Shown in pieces: positions 28,733 through 36,858 of a DNA stretch of 64,000 nt. The position numbers were made by a program, and so were the translations under genes. Location of the stretch: the NCBI GenBank assembly GCA_016699555.1, contig CP064981.1, positions 761,603-825,602 of the forward strand, given 5' to 3'. The notes under the pieces were generated by a model. It did no database searches. It saw only the letters and a list, made by a program, of their open reading frames with translations, and was not told where the DNA came from. This DNA is from Candidatus Iainarchaeum sp. (GTDB taxonomy: Archaea; Iainarchaeota; Iainarchaeia; Iainarchaeales; VGJJ01). Positions within the stretch are counted from its first letter, which is position 1; every line of letters begins with the position of its first letter.

Positions 28733-29491
28733 ATGTTTCGCCTCATCGGAATAGGACTCAACCCGCGCCAGCTCACATTGGAAGCGCTCCATGCCATCCA
28801 GGCCAGCGACAAGGTGTACGTGGAGAATTATACCTCCAAGTTCGCAGAAGGGGATTTGAAAAAACTCGAAACCATCATCCAAAAACCCATCCACTTGCTC
28901 CAGCGCAAGGATGTGGAGGATTATTCGGAGTCCTTCTTGAGCGAAGCCAAAACGCACTCCATTTCATTATTGATTTTCGGCAACCCGCTCACGGCGACGA
29001 CGCACATCTCATTGCTGGAATACTGCAAGCAAGAAAAGATCCATTACGAAGTCATTCCGGGCATTTCCATCTTCAATTATCGCGGGATATGCGGATTGGA
29101 TGAGTATCGTTTTGGTCGCACGACCACGTTCGTCTTCCCACGCGAAGGCGATGAGCCGCTTTCCCCATTCGATGTGATCGTGAAAAACAAAGCGATGGGG
29201 TTGCACACCCACTGCCTGTTCGATCTGCATCCGGACGCGCAACGCTTCATGAGCGTGGACGAAGCCATCGGGTTCATTCGCCGCGCCGCCGTGGCGCGTG
29301 AAGTGGACATCCATGATTGGGTTGGTGTAGGATTAGGGGGCATGGGGCACAGCAAGCAACTCGTACGAGCAGGGAAACTCGACGCGATCGAGAAACACGC
29401 CTGGAATGTCTTTCCGCAAAGCCTCATCATCTGCGGCCACTTGCAGGAGTATGAACACGAGGCATTGCAAAAACTGGGAGGGATGAAATGA
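28733..29491 (+). CDS. dph5: diphthine synthase
   Basis: MFRLIGIGLNPRQLTLEALHAIQASDKVYVENYTS aligns with archaeal DphB N-terminus; tetrapyrrole-methylase fold; ATGA overlap with next gene. Confidence 0.85.
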   Translation: MFRLIGIGLNPRQLTLEALHAIQASDKVYVENYTSKFAEGDLKKLETIIQKPIHLLQRKDVEDYSESFLSEAKTHSISLLIFGNPLTATTHISLLEYCKQEKIHYEVIPGISIFNYRGICGLDEYRFGRTTTFVFPREGDEPLSPFDVIVKNKAMGLHTHCLFDLHPDAQRFMSVDEAIGFIRRAAVAREVDIHDWVGVGLGGMGHSKQLVRAGKLDAIEKHAWNVFPQSLIICGHLQEYEHEALQKLGGMK

Positions 29492-29838
29492 CTCCAAAAA
29501 AAGTTGCTGCGAAGAAAAACAAAACCGCAAAACCGAAAGCCAACCAAAACCTCCAGCACGCACTCGAGGCAAAAGTCGCACGCTACGAGACGCTCACAAA
29601 AAAAGGACTGGAAAAGATCTCCATCCTCGCGCGCAAGGGGACGAAAGAATATGCAGTGGCGATGGACTATGTCTCCATGGCCCAGAATTACTTCAACGAT
29701 GCCAAGCACTTCCGCGCGCAAGGGGAATTGCTCATCGCGCTGGCCGCATTCTCATACGCTCATGCCTGGTTGGACGCGGGCGTGCGTGCAGGATTGTTCG
29801 ACGGGAAAAACGACGACCAACTATTCACCTTGCCTTGA
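29488..29838 (+). CDS. DUF357-like archaeal protein
   Basis: Basic N-terminus, ...FSYAHAWLDAGVRAGL motif of DUF357. Confidence 0.4.
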   Translation: MTPKKVAAKKNKTAKPKANQNLQHALEAKVARYETLTKKGLEKISILARKGTKEYAVAMDYVSMAQNYFNDAKHFRAQGELLIALAAFSYAHAWLDAGVRAGLFDGKNDDQLFTLP

Positions 29839-29859
29839 CATGGAAACGACTGTGATCGC

Positions 29860-30339
29860 ATGCGCTACGCCGAAGGAGAAGAAAAAAACACATGCGAACG
29901 CTTCATCGCGCTCTCCGCAGAGATAGCCAAAAAATCCCATTGCCTGCGCTCGGGCTGCGGCAGTGTGATCGTTAAAGAGAATGAGATCATCGGCGCCGGG
30001 TTCAACTCGCTTCCGCTCAATGAAAAACCCACTTTCTGCATCAAGGACCAGCTCCCAAAGGATTTCAAATCCGACAAGACATGCTGCATTCATGCGGAGC
30101 AACGCGCCATCATGGAAGCGCTCGCCAAGCATGCGGACAAGATCAAGGGTTCACGTATCTACTTCGTGCGCGTCGATGAGCAGCACCGCCCCATTCCGGC
30201 GGGAAAACCCTACTGCACCATCTGCAGCAAATTCGCATTAGACACGGGGATCGCGGAGTTCGTGCTATGGCACAAAGAAGGCTATGCTGTCTATTCCACC
30301 GATGAATACAACCAGCTTTCCTTCGCTTATCGCGAGTAG
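29860..30339 (+). CDS. dCMP/cytidine deaminase family zinc enzyme
   Basis: HAEQRAI (H-A-E) and PC..C zinc motifs. Confidence 0.75.
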   Translation: MRYAEGEEKNTCERFIALSAEIAKKSHCLRSGCGSVIVKENEIIGAGFNSLPLNEKPTFCIKDQLPKDFKSDKTCCIHAEQRAIMEALAKHADKIKGSRIYFVRVDEQHRPIPAGKPYCTICSKFALDTGIAEFVLWHKEGYAVYSTDEYNQLSFAYRE

Positions 30340-30382
30340 CCCAAATACAAACCTAAAAAAACCCCTTTTCGTTCAATAGAGC

Positions 30383-30844
30383 ATGAAAGTCTACAAACGC
30401 AACCCCTTGGATATGGATTTAGCCGGGATTGAAGGGCTATTATTGCCCGCGCTCGGCGTGCTCATCCTGCTCTTCCTCGCATTCCTTTTCTTGGGAGGCA
30501 GCAGCCCCAATGTGGTCACTGCGCGCTTGGTGCAGAATCCCTTATCGCTTTCCGCCAACGACTCGACGGTGCTGCAAGTGCAAGTATCCAATCCCACCTC
30601 TCAAATGGCACAGGACATGATCGTACAAGTGACTGCGCCCAGCGCCCCGAAATTATCCATCACGCCCAAACGCCAAACCATCCCATTCCTCGGGAGCAAT
30701 GAAACGCGCACGCTCGAATTCCTGGTCTTGCCAGTGGATGCGGCCAGCGACCCCTTTACGCCCGGAAGCTATAGCATCACGATTTCGACGCAACTCCAAG
30801 GAGAACCCTACACGACGCAGGTGAAAGTGCAAGTGGTGAAGTAG
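30383..30844 (+). CDS. membrane-anchored protein with beta-sandwich (CARDB-like) domain, hypothetical
   Basis: N-terminal TM helix; TLEFLVLPVD...GSYSITIS pattern. Confidence 0.35.
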   Translation: MKVYKRNPLDMDLAGIEGLLLPALGVLILLFLAFLFLGGSSPNVVTARLVQNPLSLSANDSTVLQVQVSNPTSQMAQDMIVQVTAPSAPKLSITPKRQTIPFLGSNETRTLEFLVLPVDAASDPFTPGSYSITISTQLQGEPYTTQVKVQVVK

Positions 30845-30846
30845 CT

Positions 30847-31920
30847 ATGAAATCCGCATTCAACGACAACCTCTTCCAGCAAGAGTTCTTCGAACAGAAC
30901 AAGATCGATGCGCTCTACATCGTGTCGAATGAGCAATTGGTCGATCCCCTGCTCACGAAACTGACCGGCATCACCATGCTCAACTTCGGCTATCGCTTCT
31001 TGCAGACGGCGGAAAAGAACCTTCTCCTGTGTGGCCCGCTGGAAGCACGCAGCGTGGGAAAGCAATACCGAGGCAAGATGAAGACCGTGCGCTCGCGCAA
31101 GGACATCTTGAAGAACCTGCATTCATTTTTCCACAAAAAACGCGTGGGACTGAATCACGCCTACCTCACGGCGGGACAATTGCTCGCGCTCCAAGAAAAA
31201 TTCCCCAAAACAAAATTCATTGATGTGAGCAATGCCCTTTATCATTCGCGCGGGGTCAAGACCAAGGAAGAAATCAAGAAAATAAGCGAGGCCGCACGCA
31301 TCTCGCAAGAGGTATCGCATCAGTTTCCGGAATGGGTGCACAAGAACATCACCGAGCAACAACTGCTCGCGCGCATCAATTATGAGTTCGCCCGCAACGG
31401 GTGCGAAGAAGCCTTTCCAACGCTGGTGTGTTTTGGAGACAACGCGCGCGACATCCACCACTTCGTCTCCCACAAGAAATTGAAGAAGAATGAGACGATC
31501 CTCATCGACTTCGGGGCGAAATACCAAGGATATTGCTCCGACCTTTCTCGAACCATGCACTTCGGAAAAGCCGCGGAGCAAAAACATGCATTTTACCGGA
31601 AGACATTCGCCGCCCAAGAAGCGGGCATCGCGGAGCTCATCCCCGGAAACCCTTCCAAGAAAGCCCACTTGGCTGCGGAGAAAGTATTAGGGCACAAGAT
31701 CCCGCATGGACTCGGGCATGGAGTGGGACTGGAAACGCACGATTCCCCGGGCGTCATCTCTCCCTATCAGGAATGGAAAGTCATGCCCGGGATGGTACTG
31801 GCGGTAGAACCAGGATACTATGGCACAAGCGGAGGAATCCGCATCGAAGACAATATCGTTACGACTCCAAATGGCAATAAGCGCCTCAGCAAGGCCCCCA
31901 AGGAACTGCTCGAGATATAG
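30847..31920 (+). CDS. Xaa-Pro aminopeptidase / M24 family metallopeptidase
   Basis: pita-bread fold motifs ...DFG..Y.GYCSD..RT.., HGLGHGVGLETHD, GMV..VEPG.Y. Confidence 0.85.
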   Translation: MKSAFNDNLFQQEFFEQNKIDALYIVSNEQLVDPLLTKLTGITMLNFGYRFLQTAEKNLLLCGPLEARSVGKQYRGKMKTVRSRKDILKNLHSFFHKKRVGLNHAYLTAGQLLALQEKFPKTKFIDVSNALYHSRGVKTKEEIKKISEAARISQEVSHQFPEWVHKNITEQQLLARINYEFARNGCEEAFPTLVCFGDNARDIHHFVSHKKLKKNETILIDFGAKYQGYCSDLSRTMHFGKAAEQKHAFYRKTFAAQEAGIAELIPGNPSKKAHLAAEKVLGHKIPHGLGHGVGLETHDSPGVISPYQEWKVMPGMVLAVEPGYYGTSGGIRIEDNIVTTPNGNKRLSKAPKELLEI

Positions 31921-31967
31921 TTTCTTGCTCGGACGCTAGCCATATAATTCTGCTGAATCACACTCCT

Positions 31968-32765
31968 ATGATGGAACTCGAAGCCGCCAAGGAATCGCTG
32001 GATCGCGCGCTGGCGCGGAAAGACCTCATCATGTTGATCGGGGACTGTCGCGTGCTCTATCACGGAAGGGCTGCCAGCAATCTCCCGCTCGGCTCGCGCC
32101 TGCTGCTCATCAAGGGAGATGGGAGCTTCGCCATCCACCAGAACAAGTTACTACGACCCACCAATTACCTCATGGCCAACTCTTGGTCCACAAAAATGGA
32201 GGACGGAAAGCTCGTGATCGCGGCCACGAAACGAACGCCAAAGGAATCGCTCACGGTGACGCTGGAAAAGGTAGAGATGCTCAACCTCCACACGATGGAA
32301 GACAAGAAGAGCGACTTCAAGTTAGTCGGAAGCGAACGCGAACTATCCAATCAGCTGATGGATGATCTCGAAGTGCTGGAGAAAGGACTCAAACCCCTCA
32401 AACAAGAATCGCATCTCCGCAAGGGGATGATCGATATCCTTGCCGAGGATAAGGATGGCCACCTCGTCGTCATCGAATTGAAACGCAGGCAAGCCGATTA
32501 TGACTCGGTGATGCAGCTGCAGCGCTACGTGACGGAAGTCAAAAAGACCAAGGGAAGGACCACGCGCGGCATCTTGGTGGCGCCAGAAATACGCAAGACC
32601 GCGATGGAATTGCTGAAGAACAATGGATTGGAATTCCGTTCCTACCAATTCGACGTCTCACAACCCAAGGCAACGATTGCGGGAATTGAAAAGAAACAAA
32701 GAACTATTTTCGAAGCGTTCGATGAAAATACAATTACTGCAAAGAAAAAGGAAACAAAAAAATAA
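31968..32765 (+). CDS. nucS: endonuclease NucS/EndoMS
   Basis: N-terminal dimerization domain (GDCRVLYHGRA...LLLIKGDGSFAIHQN) and C-terminal RecB-like nuclease (D...ELK). Confidence 0.85.
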   Translation: MMELEAAKESLDRALARKDLIMLIGDCRVLYHGRAASNLPLGSRLLLIKGDGSFAIHQNKLLRPTNYLMANSWSTKMEDGKLVIAATKRTPKESLTVTLEKVEMLNLHTMEDKKSDFKLVGSERELSNQLMDDLEVLEKGLKPLKQESHLRKGMIDILAEDKDGHLVVIELKRRQADYDSVMQLQRYVTEVKKTKGRTTRGILVAPEIRKTAMELLKNNGLEFRSYQFDVSQPKATIAGIEKKQRTIFEAFDENTITAKKKETKK

Positions 32766-32780
32766 AAAGAAAAAAACAAG

Positions 32781-32834
32781 GGGTTATTGCAACGCAATAA
32801 CCCGTTCTCGAGGCAGCCTGCCGAAACAGGCCTA
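32781..32834 (+). repeat. composite hairpin element copy B: GGGTTATTGC-AAC-GCAATAACCC followed by TTCTCGAGGCAGCCTGCCGAAACAGGCCTA
   Basis: Between convergent nucS and membrane-protein gene; core matches 9392-9420 and 7707-7732. Confidence 0.7.
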
Positions 32835-33341
32835 TTTCGTCTTCCATCCGTCATACAACAATGGAACGCCCGTGACAATGGCCAACAACGCGGAACCGTA
32901 CATTCCCACCACGCTGGGGAAGAATGCGATCAGCACGAATGCAATGGCATTGAGCACGCCCACTCCATAATAGAATTTGGAGCGAGGCTTCCAAGTGTAA
33001 CCCGTTGCCAAAAAGCCAATGGCCATCAACAACGCCCAGTATCCCCATGCCTTGAAAAACAAGGGAACGATTTTCCATACGGCGAGCCAGTGGTAGACCA
33101 TCCCCAGCACGGAGATGAGCAACCATACCTTTACCACGTCCAATTTCATGGCATTAGGCACCCATTTGAGCATGGCTGCGACACCGATCACCGTCAAGAC
33201 ACTCCACAAAATCATCGGATTGGGAAAATTGGGATCCGTGAGCAGGAATTGGTACACCCCATAGCCCACCAAGGAAATCAATCCCCACAAGAAAATACTT
33301 TTACCAAAGTGATTCATGTTAACCCTCCAAAGGATTACCAT
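32832..33341 (-). CDS. integral membrane protein, hypothetical
   Basis: 5 predicted TM helices, Trp-rich; start may be MNHFGK (33317). Confidence 0.45.
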   Translation of the reverse strand: MVILWRVNMNHFGKSIFLWGLISLVGYGVYQFLLTDPNFPNPMILWSVLTVIGVAAMLKWVPNAMKLDVVKVWLLISVLGMVYHWLAVWKIVPLFFKAWGYWALLMAIGFLATGYTWKPRSKFYYGVGVLNAIAFVLIAFFPSVVGMYGSALLAIVTGVPLLYDGWKTK

Positions 33342-33447
33342 TTCTGAGTGGAATACCCTTTATAGATGCGATTTATTCACCCTATTCGCGCCAAAATATA
33401 GGATTAAAAGCGCCCGAATCGTTCTTGGGGGGAGAGGGGTACTCATT

Positions 33448-35934
33448 ATGAAAGCATTCATCATTTTCCTAGCATTCCTATTGTTCGTCGGAGGCGCTTG
33501 GGGGCTCGCGCAGGAACCGCCATCCACGCTCGATGAGACGCTGGAAGGGATCGTGCACAATGGAATCGATGTCTCTTACACCCCGCTCGCGTGGTCGAGC
33601 CAATACAACCTGCCCCAGTCCTATTTCTCCGTCGACACGGTCGATTTCTATGATAACGCCATTGATTTTTCCGGAGTCGCCTATTTCGCGCTCGGACTCA
33701 GCTATTTACAAAACCCCCAACTCGCGGATTTGGATCTCAACCAAAACACTCAACAAGAGATTGTCGCCATCGCCGATCGCATCCTCCCATTCGTATGGAC
33801 ACCCGAAGGAACGGATTTCGGAACCCACCACAAGGGAACGCTGCCCAATAGCGTCATCACGAATGTCGTTCCCCAAGTCCAAGGAATCTACGGGCCCAGC
33901 AACGTGTGCCATGACATCGCGGTCGCATACAATGCATGGGGCGTCCCCGAGAGCACGACGAATGCGCTGACGACGTCAAACCTCGATTCCATCAGCGGAA
34001 TCGGAACGCTCTTCCTGTTGGCGGCCAACTCCAACACCCCCAACAAGCAAAATTACATCACCACTGCCACGAACATGGGAAATCTATTGCTGAGCGCAAT
34101 GGTCACGCCCCCCACCGAGTCTTTCGGCATCCATCCCGAGCAAGTGATGGACGACTACAACAACTCCCTCCCCGTCGGAATGCTCCCGCGTGAATTCACC
34201 GTCAAGACCGATAGCCCCGACTCCGCGCTCTGCACGGACGGCGGAACGATCAAGGTCCAGGAGAACGAGAAGACACAACTGGCTTTCACCGCCATCTTCT
34301 TCGATCGCCTCCATCAGCAAACCAAGGACGAACGCTATCAACGCGCAAAAGACTACATCATCGACGGCATCCTCTCATTGCAGGAATGCGATGGGAGTTT
34401 CCGCAACTATTCGCGATGGGAAGGCCCCGGCACGCGCGTGATCACGTGTACGCCCTCCGACGGGAGCGCGGAGTATGAACCCTATCCCTCCAACGCGACC
34501 CTCGCCGACACGCGTGGATTGATCCAGGACAATGCCGTCCTCCTATATCTCTTGCAGCTTGCAGAACCCAACATCTATGACGAAAAACCACGCTATCGCA
34601 CGGCCGTGCAGTTCTTGCTCGAATTGGAAGAGAAAGACATCGGGAACGGATTCCGCAAGAACGGAAGCCCACTACGCTATGCCAGCTATTCGCTTCCCGA
34701 GAAGAATGAACCCTTCGCGCGATTGCTATTGTCCAACGTCTTCCTGCAATCGTCCTGCCGCGAAAGCAGTTCTGACACCGAGAAGCGCCTGCAAGCGAAA
34801 GCATACAACCTCATGAACGCCAGCAATGGATTCATCCAGACCGAAATCGAATCCAAGATCGCCAAGGCCGTAGGACCAAATGTTGGACCTCATTTCGCTG
34901 CGATCGCGGCGACCGCCAATAGTTGGAAGATCATCTCCAAGGGCTGCGAGGACTGCGTGGACGTGGATGGCGATGGATTCATCGACGGCGCATGCGCAGG
35001 GGACACGGTGAAGTACGATTGCAATGAGAACGACAACAAAGTATTCCCCGGCGCCACCGAGATATGCGACCTGGTCGACAACGACTGCGATGGGCATGTC
35101 GACGATGGATTCGATGCCGACAATGACGGTGTCAGCGTCTGCGCCAACGACTGCAACGACAACGACGACAAGATCTACCCCGGCGCCAAAGAATTGCTGG
35201 ATGAAAAAGACAACGACTGCAACGAGAAAGCCGACGACACCGGAATCGTGGTGCGTGTCATGGATGACTTGAACAATGGCATCCCCGACATCCAAGTCCG
35301 CTTCGTCACCCACGGCAATGCATGCGTGAATTCATTCGCGCAGCGCGTGGAGAACATCCCGTCCATTGTGGCGCAGTGCAAGATCGAAGCCGAGTGCACG
35401 ACGGACCTGACCGGCACATGCCTGGGGTTCTTCGAGAAGAACGGAGAATACGAAGCCATCGCCGCCGTGGGGAATGAAGCGCTCTTCTCGGATGCGCAAA
35501 CATTCATCATCGGCAACCGCATCGATCTCAATATGCAGACCACTACCGGGGTGAATGCCGCAACCGTGAATGGGAATGGAACGAGCGGAGCGACCAATGC
35601 AACCCAAGCAAGCGGGGATGGAAGCTATCTCTTCTTGGGACTCGTCGTCATCCTGCTCGTGATCGCCGGAGTGGGGGTTGCACTCTTCTATCGCATGGGC
35701 AAGATGCCACGCATCACGCTCAACTTGGACAACAAACCCACCACTCCAAAAACGGCTAGCATGCCCGCAAGGCCCATGAGTCCGCCCGCTTCCATGCCTC
35801 GAAAAGTGGACGCACCCCAAGGGTTGAAGAAAGAAATGCCCGCTCCGAGTGCCCCCGCCCCACGCATCCCGCGCGAGCCCAACAAACCAAAATGGAAGGG
35901 CAGCGATAAGACGATGCCAAAAGAGAGCCAGTAG
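33448..35934 (+). CDS. large cell-surface protein with MopE-type Cys/Asp putative metal-binding repeats and C-terminal TM anchor
   Basis: Signal peptide MKAFIIFLAFLLFVGGAWG; Q..DGS-type repeat QECDGSFRNYSRWEG; three tandem C-x-D-N-D-C-D-G/PGA.E motifs (CDLVDNDCDGHVDDG..., DKIYPGAKELLDEKDNDCNE); C-terminal TM YLFLGLVVILLVIAGV + Pro-rich tail. Confidence 0.6.
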   Translation: MKAFIIFLAFLLFVGGAWGLAQEPPSTLDETLEGIVHNGIDVSYTPLAWSSQYNLPQSYFSVDTVDFYDNAIDFSGVAYFALGLSYLQNPQLADLDLNQNTQQEIVAIADRILPFVWTPEGTDFGTHHKGTLPNSVITNVVPQVQGIYGPSNVCHDIAVAYNAWGVPESTTNALTTSNLDSISGIGTLFLLAANSNTPNKQNYITTATNMGNLLLSAMVTPPTESFGIHPEQVMDDYNNSLPVGMLPREFTVKTDSPDSALCTDGGTIKVQENEKTQLAFTAIFFDRLHQQTKDERYQRAKDYIIDGILSLQECDGSFRNYSRWEGPGTRVITCTPSDGSAEYEPYPSNATLADTRGLIQDNAVLLYLLQLAEPNIYDEKPRYRTAVQFLLELEEKDIGNGFRKNGSPLRYASYSLPEKNEPFARLLLSNVFLQSSCRESSSDTEKRLQAKAYNLMNASNGFIQTEIESKIAKAVGPNVGPHFAAIAATANSWKIISKGCEDCVDVDGDGFIDGACAGDTVKYDCNENDNKVFPGATEICDLVDNDCDGHVDDGFDADNDGVSVCANDCNDNDDKIYPGAKELLDEKDNDCNEKADDTGIVVRVMDDLNNGIPDIQVRFVTHGNACVNSFAQRVENIPSIVAQCKIEAECTTDLTGTCLGFFEKNGEYEAIAAVGNEALFSDAQTFIIGNRIDLNMQTTTGVNAATVNGNGTSGATNATQASGDGSYLFLGLVVILLVIAGVGVALFYRMGKMPRITLNLDNKPTTPKTASMPARPMSPPASMPRKVDAPQGLKKEMPAPSAPAPRIPREPNKPKWKGSDKTMPKESQ

Positions 35935-35949
35935 CGCAGAGGCCGTTCG

Positions 35950-36606
35950 ATGAATGAAAATCGCAACCCGGAATTGAAAACACGTGATACGCGTGTGGAA
36001 ATTCCATTCGAGGATTTGAATGAACGCATTCGACAAAAAATAAAATTTTTAATGGACTATCGAAGCCATCGGATAATGAGTGAACTATTTGGGTCACTTG
36101 CAGTATCAACGAGTTTACCGCAAATCCCCAAAGTTGCACTAACTGTTGGTGGATATTATACTGTATTAAGAGCCGCATTCGCAAACCGCATCCAAAAAAT
36201 GCATCAAGAGATTGTGAATGACTTCAATAGGTATGGTGTCCTCGACACCGCCAACGAGGGGAATTATCCACGCGATTGGATGAATCCAAGCATCGTAGGC
36301 AAGACACACCCGACCTTTTTTGTAAAAGGAAATGGCAATATCGTTTTCGTGAAAGAATCGAAAAAAGAATATTGGCGATACCAGGTCCAGCAAAAAAAAT
36401 TAATCCAACGCCTAGGAGCAAACCCTTGGAGGTGGAGGGGTATCCTGCGACCTCCAACAGCGCCCGAATCATTCAAAAAGAAAGTCGCACAACAGTTGCG
36501 AGCACTAACTGCAAAAGTCCCCCGAATGGTTTCTCCGCGCAGGAGGCCTGCATTCAGGGCAGTCGGCATTCACTCCATGCAAAGACGGCGCCGGCACCGA
36601 CCGTAA
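35950..36606 (+). CDS. hypothetical protein (AT-rich 5' part, GC-rich Arg/Pro-rich tail; tail may not be coding)
   Basis: Open frame 218 aa; composition switches near 36400. Confidence 0.25.
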   Translation: MNENRNPELKTRDTRVEIPFEDLNERIRQKIKFLMDYRSHRIMSELFGSLAVSTSLPQIPKVALTVGGYYTVLRAAFANRIQKMHQEIVNDFNRYGVLDTANEGNYPRDWMNPSIVGKTHPTFFVKGNGNIVFVKESKKEYWRYQVQQKKLIQRLGANPWRWRGILRPPTAPESFKKKVAQQLRALTAKVPRMVSPRRRPAFRAVGIHSMQRRRRHRP

Positions 36607-36676
36607 TAGAAACAGCAGGAAGTCGGCTCCCGAAAATCACACCCCTTGGCCAGTTCGGCTCGCCGCTCCGAGGAAT

Positions 36677-36811
36677 GGTTATTGCAGCGCAATAACCCAA
36701 CTTTTTCTTTTTGACTGGGCGTCGTACCCAACTTTAGATAAAGTTGGGTCAAAGGAGTGGTTGCAGCTGCAACCACTCGTTCTCTTTTGATGAACCTTTT
36801 GTAAAAGGTTC
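36677..36811. repeat. cluster of four perfect hairpins: GGTTATTGC-AGC-GCAATAACC; CCCAACTTT-AGAT-AAAGTTGGG; GTGGTTGCAGCTGCAACCAC; TTTGATGAACCTTTT-GTA-AAAAGGTTC, then T-tract
   Basis: Lies between ORF 35950-36606 and convergent eno; first and last hairpins belong to families seen elsewhere (32781, 7993; 11321). Confidence 0.6.
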
Positions 36812-36858
36812 CTGCGACGACTACTTTTTCTTTTTTCTAAAAAGAAAAAGGAGCGCAA

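Noticed and set aside
36400-36700. RNase P RNA or SRP RNA in the GC-rich structured segment
   Set aside because: Could not find the P4 GGAAAGUCCGGGC / ACAGAANCCGGCUUA pair or SRP helix-8 GGAAG...AGCAGC motifs; left as unassigned candidate pending Infernal scan.
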